A DNA stretch of 33,679 nucleotides. Source: Reclinomonas americana ATCC 50394 (taxonomy: Eukaryota). This document shows positions 16,228-26,800 of this stretch, piece by piece. Position 1 is the first letter of the stretch. Each line of letters starts with the position of its first letter. The stretch covers positions 75,802-109,480 of the forward strand of contig PS015019.1 of the NCBI GenBank assembly GCA_048213135.1. The letters are read 5' to 3'. Position numbers and translations under genes: made by a program. The notes under the pieces are model-generated. The model was not told where the DNA came from. It saw only the letters and a program-made list of their open reading frames with translations, and made no database searches.

Positions 16228-17266
16228 GACGAGAGTGTGAGCGACGAGGACAATCGCGCGTCATCACTCCGCGCGCGCACCTTGTCTCCGGCCAACACGG
16301 AGATATCAGGGAGAGGAGGGGGAGGAGAGCAGTGGAGACATGTCTGCAATACGCAACGCTTTGTGCACGTGCGCTTTGTTGCGTCGCGGGGCTGAGTGTG
16401 GCATTGTTTGCAATATCGATATCGCGATCGCGATCGAGCGATCGCCTCCTTGCGCACAACAACGACAGTCGCCACGTCGCCAGTGGCGGCCATCGTGCGT
16501 GCAGTGAGAGACCCGCGGTCCGTCTGCATATCGATCCCCACCGGTTTTGGACGCGCAACAGCACGCCTTTCGCGCGATCGCAACTGCTTTCTAGTGCACT
16601 GCACGCCGCCACCCGCTGTCATCGCCTCACTTCATTGCATCCGTCAGTCATCCGACTGCATATGCGCCACCCCACCTCACATGCGACGTTTGTGCGCTCT
16701 CCCGAGAAAGATTCCCTTGTGCGAAAAAACGAACACCAGAAGGGAATCGCACCCTCTGCTCCCCGTGCCACTGCGACCGTTAGTCTCCATCCTCCCCTCT
16801 CCTTCCTTCCACTGCCTCACTCCCTCCACCGCCCAGCACGATACTCGTCACTGTTACTTTTGAGTACATTCCTCATCAAACACGCCAATTAATTAAGCGA
16901 TTCTCTCCCATACCCGTCTCGCTCATTGTCGCACATCGGCTCCTCGCGCACATCGCTTATCGCGGCCACGTGGCCAGCACACTCGCACTCACATCATCGT
17001 GTCACGCCCTGTCCACTCTTCCGACAAGAAAAGATCCGGCAGACGACAACACAAATGCGCCACCACCGATGCCTCCTTCGCACTCGCAACGCAGGCCATT
17101 GTTGCGCGTTGCGGTTTGCAACCCCGCGCCAGTCACACACAGGTCAACTGATCAAACGCACACCGACTCTGAACAAGACGATGATGAAACGTGAGTGAAA
17201 TGCACCTCGGAAGCCGCGCGCAACATTCTCTCTCCACACTCACCAAGGCAAACGCTCTTCCCGCGC

Positions 17267-17916
17267 TCACACGTGGTGGCGGCACTGATGCGCAGCAGCG
17301 AGGCGCAGGACAAGGTCGAGTGCGATCTTGCGGTTACCAGTGCCACGTTGCTGAAAACGAGCATCGCCAGTCACAAGATGCTCATGCACGGCCAGCGCAC
17401 GGCGACGTGTCACGCCACGTGTCAGCAGCACCACATCGTGCACACTGTCCAGGCGCAGCTCACGCGTCACTGCACTTGCCACGTCAAACACACTGACGCA
17501 ATCTGAGAAAGGGATCGTCGTCAGCTTTTCGCGCGATACACTCTGGAGAGAGAGAATGAAACGCAACTGTGGCATGTCACGCACTGGCCTGTGGGTGTGT
17601 ACACTTGCACAGTGTACGCCTGCTCCTCCTCTTGTTCCTCGTCTTGCTCCTCGTCTTCGGCAATGTCCGGCAGCAAGACGACCAGCGGCGGGCAGTGAAT
17701 GAGAAGTCGCTCATCGCACAGCTCCAGCTCTTCCTCCTCTTCCTCTTGTTCCTCTTGTTGTTGTTGTTGTGGAGGCGGGGTTGTGGGGGAGAAGAGCAGA
17801 GAGGGGAGGGGGACGAGGTCGCTGAGTGCGCGCTTGAGATCGTGCACGCGCGCCGCCGTGTCGTTCAGTGTCAGCGACACTACTTGTCGTGTGGGAAGCA
17901 CTACGCTCACTTGCAT
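17267..17916 (-). CDS. Hypothetical protein with ubiquitin-like features and an acidic linker (2 exons, about 195 aa if intron 17543-17604 is used)
   Basis: N-terminus MQVSVVLPTRQVVSLTLNDTAARVHDLKRALSDLVPLP resembles ubiquitin beta1-beta2-alpha1; C-terminal IALDLVLRL resembles ubiquitin TLHLVLRL. Donor choice is ambiguous. Confidence 0.55.
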
Positions 17917-18447
17917 TCTTGTTGTTGTTGTTGATAATCGGGGGGGTTTGCCTTCTCTCACGCCGCGTCGAAAAAAATATGTTTGGCTAAATCCGGCAAA
18001 TCGCACTGATTCCGACAAGTCGGAAGGCAAGCAGCGCTTTCTGCATCTCTCGCGCGCTGTGCTTTTTGGTGGAACCGCATCCTCCCCGTCCACGATTGGG
18101 AGTGCCAAGTATAGTGCACCGAGCTGAGTGGTGGCGGTGATGGTCTATAAACAACTCCATGGTCGAATTGGCGGTTGTCGGATCCTCGCGATTGATGCAC
18201 ATGCATGCATGTACCGTACCGCGGGGTCTTCGGAAGCACCCTAGTGTACGACCGGGGAGCGCATCGTTATATCGACTGCTGTACGTGTGCTGCGGTGTCG
18301 CCGAGGCCCCGGTGCGAACTGATGCAGCGCACGCGACTCGCGAACCCGCGCGCCGGAGCTCTTTCAATCATTGAGCATGGCAAACCCACCTCAATCAGCT
18401 TCACCCTGGTCTAAGTACACTACGCGTGCAGCTACATGCAGCTTGCA

Positions 18448-19456
18448 TCATTGTAGTAGATCGTCTTGCAGCTCGTCTTCCAGATCCGCGTACCTGCTCC
18501 ACACTGGTGGAGGCTCGGGATCGGCCCACACGCACTCGTTGGTTGCGACAAAGTCGGTGTCGCCCTCCACCAATGGCAGTTCGCAGCCGCTCAGCCACAC
18601 GCTGACACGGACGGCGAGGCGCGCCCGATCCGGTGCCACGGTGCTGATCAACGACTTGCTTGTGCGCGACTGGTTTGCTGCTGCACTGCTGTCGGCGCCC
18701 AGACGAAGACCGGCGTCGTTCAGCAGCTGCTCGGTGAGATGCACTCGGTGGGCGGTGAATGCAGAGGCCTGGTGCGATCGTGAGGAAGTGAAACACTCGT
18801 CTCCCACCCTGCGTCCTTTCACACTCACCTCGTGCTTGGCAAACACCGGTTGCAGCGGTGGCTTGACAAAGCGGCGAAGCACACGACTGCGGCCCGGCAT
18901 ACCCGCCTGTGGATGCGCACCACACACACACACCTGTCAGCAACGTGGAGTCGACGAACCCAACGCAACCAGCACTCACCGCCGCCGCCGTGTCCCCATC
19001 GCCCTCATTGTCGGAGTTGGCAAACAACGACGCCGACGCGTGCGAGTCGCGATCAGGTGCGAACGCTGCCAGCGAGCTGGAGGGCACCACACCCACACGC
19101 GACGACGATCGCGAATCATTCTGCAACGACGAGTGATTGGAGACCGCAAAGCGCGCCGTCACTGAACGCAATCGAGCCAGTGATTCGCTGGTGATTGACG
19201 TGTTGCTGCGCAGCGCAGTGCTGCAGGAGCGGTCGGCCAGTTGCGAGTCGAATGTGCACGTGGTCCGCGACAAGTGCATGCTGCTGAAGGTGGCCAGCGA
19301 GGCGAGGTATGACTCCTCCTCCTCCTCATCGTGCCTCCTCCCCTGCTCACCCCTGTCCTCCTCCTCCTCTTCCTCCTGATCGTAGTCGCCACCAACGCGC
19401 ACATGAGTTAATTGATTTCGGTGAGCCAATCGTTTCGTGGTTGCGCGTGGTCTCAT
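18448..19456 (-). CDS. Hypothetical protein, 3 exons, acidic/Ser-rich N-terminal part
   Basis: MRPRATTKRLAHRNQ...EEEEEE...GDTAAA|AGMPGRSRVLRRFVKPPLQPVFAKHE|ASAFTAH...DLEDELQDDLLQ-TGA, with two gtgagt donors in phase 0. No recognised family. Confidence 0.6.
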
Positions 19457-20837
19457 TGACTCTGCGGTGTGTGACGATGGCCGCAGTGTCGCAGAGCGGT
19501 GGCGGCGAGCACTGTGGCTGCTGCGTGTCTCTGAGGCGGCGGCCCAGGCATGTGGTCGTCCGTGAGTCGGCTGTGTGTGGAGAGTGTGAGTAAACCGAAA
19601 ATTTGAGCGCAGTCGGTATTCGAACACGTACGCGCCTTGGTTTGTCTGCGTGCGCTTTGCAAGTCTGTCACGTCGGCGCGAAACGCTCCACAGCCCATGG
19701 CGCAAGCGCGGGGGAGGTGTTAGTGGTCAGCGCTCTCCGCGGTCGGTGCAATTGATTTGAGTACGAGTGCGTGCCATAAACGATCGTGCGAATCTTTCTG
19801 CTTGCCTTTCTCAGGCTCTATTCCAATCATTTCAGTACATCGACTGCTCTGATTCTGGGGTGGAGAGTGCGGGCTGCGGGGCTGCATGTGGTGGATGTCG
19901 CGGGTGGGAGCGAAAGGATACGATACCAATATCGCATGCGCCAAGAGCACATTTTCGGTATATCATGATCAACAACAACAACTTTATTTGCCATCGCTGT
20001 GGTCACTCCCGTGGTTTCACAGCACAGGGTGAGCAGATCGGTGAGCACCCGTCCTTGCACTGCAGTGGACGGTTCTCCATGTTGGACAGAGCGCTCCGCA
20101 TGCACTGACGAACTGGCTGAACCAATTGCAATTGCAAAACCGATCGATTCAACGACTCAAGTCCCTCGTTGCAGCAACAACAACCCGCCCACCAACAAAA
20201 CAAGCAACGGCTGTCTTGATGACAAAATCCAACCGTATCCAAAACATCAACACATGTACAGACACCAATCTTGAGGCAGCAGCAGGTTCCTTGTGTGTGT
20301 GTTCGCTCTCGGAGCTCCGAACAAGTCGAGAACTGCGATCTTCACCGCATAAGCGTGGTTGACCAGTGGATTTGACGCACTTGCATAGACGCATAGCATT
20401 TTCTGCGATCGTACATGTACTCGGCACATCGAATTCGGGAAAAGGCCATAAGCCAGGCAATCGAAGCAAAGCCGGGTCCGGATCCGTGGAGCGAGCAATG
20501 CAGTGGAGGAACTTCACCGCGTTAAGATGGAGCATGCTCTTCTTGGGGGTTTCAGTCTCTCTTTCGCGCAAGGGGAAGCAAAGCGCGTGCTGTCCGGATC
20601 CGCAGCGATCGCTGCACTTGCAATCGAGAAATCGATATCGATTGAGGCGATTATCGTCTGCTTACCTCATTCACGATGCGTACTCTATATGCCCAACGCG
20701 TCGAGTCCTTCCTGTTCCCTTTCCGACCAACGTCGATGAACGTCGCCGGGTGGCGCGAAAATCACCTGTCCTCACTCGCGATTTTCGTGCGTGTGACGAG
20801 AGACAGCGACAGCGAGAGAGGGGTTCGTTTGCGCAGC

Positions 20838-23800
20838 ATGGACCACTCTAAGAAGAACGCCATGTTCGCGGCACTCGGCGCCTCGTCGTCAGGCGGACGT
20901 GGATCGCTGTCATCGTCGGGTGGCGGGTGAGTTCATTTTCCCTCTCATCCTCTTGCTCTCTCCTCTCTCTGACGCGCCTTTTGTTTGTGCAGTTACGGTG
21001 CCGCTCATGCGCGTGGGACGTCTTGGTCATCGCGCGGTCATCGAGTTGCGTGGCGAGAATGAGAAGAAAGAGAATGAGAGAGAGAGGACAGCAGTCAACT
21101 CCCCTGCCTGGGATCTTTCTCTCGTGCTCTTTGCATAGTACTCTGGTGTGATCACTGTTGTCGTCGATCTCATCGCGCTCTGATCAACTCTCTTGTCTTC
21201 CAGTGTGTATCTCATTGCTCAGTGATACTTCTTCTCTTCTCACTCCTCTGCCATGGATCGCACCTCTTCCTTTGTCTCTTCCGTCTTCCCACAGTTGGTG
21301 TCTTCTCTTTCTCTCCTCTATCCTCAGTCGCCCAGTTTTCTGTCAACGTGATGCCACCTTCTGTTGCCACCAGTCTTGCCTCCACTCTCCACTGCCATGG
21401 ATCTCATCTTCCTGTGATGCTCAGTATCCTTTGCTTCTTCTTCCCTGTCACTCACCACCGGATCTCGTTCGCTGGGATGCCATCTTCTATTGCCATCTCT
21501 CAGTCCACCAGTCTCCACGTGACGCTCACTGCCCTTTGCTTTTTCTTCCCTGTCTGCACTGTCGCGGATCTCACTTCGCTGTGATACCACTTTCCTTTGC
21601 ATCTCATGTCCCCCCTCTCAGTCACCACCGCTGTCGTGGATCTCACCAGTTTGCTGTGTCCTCCTTCCTTTACCTCTTCTGTCATCGCTCTCATCGCTTC
21701 GTTTTCCTCACCTCCCTTCCCCTCCTCTCTCCTCACATCCCTTCCCCTCTTCTCTTCTCCTCTCACCTCCCTTCCCTTCCCTTCTTCTCCCCTCTCCTCA
21801 CCACCCTTCCCGTGTGTCACGCAGGACTCTGCCAGCTCCCGTCGCAGCAACCCCACCATGCTTCCCGACGACGACTCAGACTCCGACCCCGAGATCGCCG
21901 CCATGATGCAGGAGTACAAGGCGAGTCGGAAGCCAGCCGCTCCGGCCCCCGTCTCCGCCGTGTCGGTCAGCAGTGCAAGCACCGACGCTGCAGCAGCGTG
22001 GAGACAGAGTCAGCGTTGCGCATCTTCATTCGTGCCCCTTCTCGTGTGGTTCCTGCAACACTCACCAACTTGTCGTCAATCGACAGTCGCCGGCATGCCG
22101 CAAGTCAACGCCGACGACAGCCGACTGTTGCGTCCATCCCACCTGCACCGTTATCTCCCTCTTTGTGCACTACTCACTATTGCGCTCCACCGTGCAGACT
22201 GGCCGCCACTCGACAGCTTCGCAGCGGCGGTTCCTCCGCACCGGGCGTGCGCGACAGTCAAGGTTCACATTTCAGCATGCGCATCGACTCGGAGGAGGAG
22301 GACGACCATGACGGTGATGATGGCGACCGCTATGGTGCTGCACAGGGCTCTCGTCGTGCCGACGGTTCCATGTCGACGAATCGCACGGCGGAGAGCAATC
22401 GCAGCACGGGTTTGTGCACAGGCCTGCATTGTGTGTTTCGGTGCTCGTCATCTCATTTTCCTCGGCAGTTGCCAATGCCACAGCATCTGCGTCGGCGTGG
22501 AGACGTTGCGTGGCGGATGCTCTGCTTCGTTTTATCACAGTCGGTTCCTCATCGCGTTAGGGTGGAATGCAGCGAGTGACAGTGGCAGCTCTGTCATCGA
22601 CGATGTGCAACTGCGAGCCATGTTGGCCGACTCGACCGACTCGGACGACAAGAGGCGGTTCTTTGAGAGTTGAGTGGCAGCGGGCAGTGTTTTGATGCGG
22701 GTTTGCTCACTGGACAACTCAATGCAGAGCACGACTCGGACGTGCGGCCGTCGAGTGCCGTGTCGCGCCCATACACAGCCGGCTCCAACGTCTCGGGCCG
22801 CAGCAGCCAGCCACAAGTGTCATTTGCGGTCTGCTTGATCCATGCCGCGCACTCCGCGCTTCGTCTCGTCGTTCACTGATGATTGCCCCCTGCAGGTATC
22901 CTCGATTGGCCTGTCGGACGTCTCCAGTCGAAGTGCGTGTTGGGAGCGAGGGGGGAGGGGGTTAGAGAGCGAGTGGCAACCTCTTCAGCTCTGCTGCTCA
23001 CTTCTTCTCTGTGCCATTCTAGTCTTCACCCCTCAGTTACCATGTGTCATCTGACTGACATTCCTACCTTGTTGGTCACTCCTTCGCACTGCGTTTGTTT
23101 CATGTCGGTTGTCTGCTCTTTATCTCATATGAGGTACAAACACTGTTGTCCACTCATTCTCATTGCATTTGCACTTCAGCTCCCTCTTCAGACCTCAACC
23201 TTACCCCATTGTTGTTGCTGACTCAGTCTCATTGCGTTTCCTCTCTTGCTCCTCTCTTCTCGATCACCACATTTCTTCTGGCATTCACGCCTCAACTTTA
23301 TCAAGTCGGTCTGCTCTCTCTCTCTATCTCTCTCTCTCTCGCTCTCTTTCATTCTTTCTCTCCCATCCACTACCTTCCCTCGTCCTCCCCTTCCTTTCCC
23401 CTCCGCCCTTCCCCTCATCCCCTCTTCCTTCCCCTCTTCCTTCCCCTCATCTTCCCCCTCCCTTCCCCTCCGCCCTTCTCCCCCTCCTTCCCCTCATCCT
23501 TCCCCTCATNNNNNNNNNNNNNNNNNNNNNNNNNNNNNNNNNNNNNNNNNNNNNNNNNNNNNNNNNNNNNNNNNNNNNNNNNNNNNNNNNNNNNNNNNNN
23601 NNNNNNNNNNNNNNNNNNNNNNNNNNNNNNNNNNNNNNNNNNNNNNNNNNNNNNNNNNNNNNNNNNNNNNNNNNNNNNNNNNNNNNNNNNNNNNNNNNNN
23701 NNNNNNNNNNNNNNNNNNNNNNNNNNNNNNNNNNNNNNNNNNNNNNNNNNNNNNNNNNNNNNNNNNNNNNNNNNNNNNNNNNNNNNNNNNNNNNNNNNNN

Positions 23801-26800
23801 NNNNNNNNNNNNNNNNNNNNNNNNNNNNNNNNNNNNNNNNNNNNNNNNNNNNNNNNNNNNNNNNNNNNNNNNNNNNNNNNNNNNNNNNNNNNNNNNNNNN
23901 NNNNNNNNNNNNNNNNNNNNNNNNNNNNNNNNNNNNNNNNNNNNNNNNNNNNNNNNNNNNNNNNNNNNNNNNNNNNNNNNNNNNNNNNNNNNNNNNNNNN
24001 NNNNNNNNNNNNNNNNNNNNNNNNNNNNNNNNNNNNNNNNNNNNNNNNNNNNNNNNNNNNNNNNNNNNNNNNNNNNNNNNNNNNNNNNNNNNNNNNNNNN
24101 NNNNNNNNNNNNNNNNNNNNNNNNNNNNNNNNNNNNNNNNNNNNNNNNNNNNNNNNNNNNNNNNNNNNNNNNNNNNNNNNNNNNNNNNNNNNNNNNNNNN
24201 NNNNNNNNNNNNNNNNNNNNNNNNNNNNNNNNNNNNNNNNNNNNNNNNNNNNNNNNNNNNNNNNNNNNNNNNNNNNNNNNNNNNNNNNNNNNNNNNNNNN
24301 NNNNNNNNNNNNNNNNNNNNNNNNNNNNNNNNNNNNNNNNNNNNNNNNNNNNNNNNNNNNNNNNNNNNNNNNNNNNNNNNNNNNNNNNNNNNNNNNNNNN
24401 NNNNNNNNNNNNNNNNNNNNNNNNNNNNNNNNCCTTCCCCTCATCCTTCCCCTCATCCTCCCCCTCCCTTCCCCCCTCATCCTCCCCTCCGCCCAGACAC
24501 CTCCGACGTCGGCGCCCACCTGCAAGCCCTGGGCGCCCCGGCAGACTCTGGCGAGTCGACCGCCAACCGCGCCTCCAAAATCGCCATGCTCACCCAGCAG
24601 CTGTCGACGGGCACGCTGACCATTCGCGAGATTCAGCAGCGCAAGGAGGAGGACGAGCAGCGGCAGAAGCGGGAGGCGGAGGAGCGCCGAAAACGCGAAC
24701 AGGAGGAGGAGCAGGAGAGGGAGCGGAAGCGCAAGGCCGAGGCCGAGGCCGCGGCCGCCGCGGCCGCCGAGCAGCTGCGGATCGTTCGNNNNNNNNNNNN
24801 NNNNNNNNNNNNNNNNNNNNNNNNNNNNNNNNNNNNNNNNNNNNNNNNNNNNNNNNNNNNNNNNNNNNNNNNNNNNNNNNNNNNNNNNNNNNNNNNNNNN
24901 NNNNNNNNNNNNNNNNNNNNNNNNNNNNNNNNNNNNNNNNNNNNNNNNNNNNNNNNNNNNNNNNNNNNNNNNNNNNNNNNNNNNNNNNNNNNNNNNNNNN
25001 NNNNNNNNNNNNNNNNNNNNNNNNNNNNNNNNNNNNNNNNNNNNNNNNNNNNNNNNNNNNNNNNNNNNNNNNNNNNNNNNNNNNNNNNNNNNNNNNNNNN
25101 NNNNNNNNNNNNNNNNNNNNNNNNNNNNNNNNNNNNNNNNNNNNNNNNNNNNNNNNNNNNNNNNNNNNNNNNNNNNNNNNNNNNNNNNNNNNNNNNNNNN
25201 NNNNNNNNNNNNNNNNNNNNNNNNNNNNNNNNNNNNNNNNNNNNNCGAGCAGGCGGCCAAGGAGGCGGAGGAGAAGCGGCGCGCGGAAGAGGAGCGATTG
25301 CGGGTGGAACGCGAGCGCCTGATCAAGGAGGCACGAGAAGAGGAGCAGCGGCGACGTGAAGAGCTGGCGAAAAAGGCGGCGGAGGACTTGCGCAAAATCC
25401 AAGAGGAGGACACCGCACGGAAGCAGAAAATGGAGGAGGAGCGAGAGGAGGCAGCGCGCAAGGCCAGGGAAGAGGCGCAAGCTGCAGAGGCAGCGGCAAA
25501 GGCACCAGCAGCAGCAGCGGCTGCAGCAGTGGCGGCAAAATCAGCATCCGCAGCGGTGAATGATTTTCCTGCTGTGCTCCACTTTTGCTCGTGCACTCAT
25601 ACAATTCGTGTGCACAGCCCCCTGCACCGAGCGCCGCTGGACCGCAGATTACAGACGACCGACAAGCCGCAGCTGCCACCTACAACCAGCTGGCCAACGA
25701 CATGCTGAGCAAGTTGGGCAAGGGCGTGCCCATGAGCACCGTTGCCCCACAGACGGCACCGTTCCCCGTCGGCCCGAGTCCGCAAACGCAGTCGACTGTC
25801 GCCAGTCGAGCAGGTGTGTCATTAGCAGCTGTGCTACGCTACCCACGCCTTCACTAACTCCATGTACACACACATAGGCTCGTCGCCGACGCAAGCGCGC
25901 GCCACACCAGCCGCGCGCAAGTCGCCCACACATTCATCACCGCAACGGTCCACTTCTGTCGGCAATGCGCGCCCAGAGGCCTTGCGCTCGAATGCACGAC
26001 GGGGCAGTCCGGCGTCATCACCAAGTTCGTCTTCAGTCGGCTCACCCATCAACAGCACGTCGTCATCACTGGCCAGCCCTTCGCATTTGTTGGTGAGCAC
26101 ACACAACGTCCAACAGTGGTGAGAGGAAGCAGAGTGCACTCACTCGGCCGGTCGGTTTACGCAGCATCGATCGTCGCCAACTGGGCAAAAGGCTCGTGGA
26201 CACGCGGCGACTGCGACGACAGCCAAGTCGACCACTGCGGCTGCCACTGCGTCGGCCACGGCTCCTCACAAGCAGCCGTCACATCGTGGAGGTCCGACGG
26301 CGTCCGCGACCACCACCGCGATTCCTCTCCGTGCGGGAGTACAGAGCACTGACTTTATTGCGTTGCGTCTCCGTCTCTCTGTGCAGAATCGTGTTGACAT
26401 GTTCTCACTGTCCTCTCTCCGTCGCACAGTGGTAGCATGGAGGCCCCCTTGCGCCTCTTCCACCAGGACCTCGAACGCTTCGTGGCGCAACAGGAGCACC
26501 TTCTCCAGCAGTCGCTGTCGGAGATCCGGCGTGAGGTGGCGTCGCGACCGTTCGAGTCGGTGCAGATTCCGGAACAGCTGAAGAACCGCCTGCGGGATAT
26601 GGCGATGGAGTGTGAAAAGTTACGGCGCAGCTAGCATGTAGGAGCGTCGTCGATTGTCAAATCTCATCTCATGGCAACCGCAGCAAGGAGCTGGAGATCC
26701 TGCGTCGTCAGTCGCGCATCGACGACTGCATGCATCAGCTGAGTGAGCGTGATGCCGCCATGGAGAGACTGAAGCGCGAGTGTGCGGAGCAAGTGCAAGC

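Noticed and set aside
19700..19780. tRNA-like D-loop string (tagtggtcagc)
   Set aside because: No T-loop GTTCRA and no acceptor stem pairing found.
19720..20580. Short ORFs or a transposon remnant in the lower-GC intergenic region
   Set aside because: No recognisable domain, terminal repeats or consistent exon structure seen.
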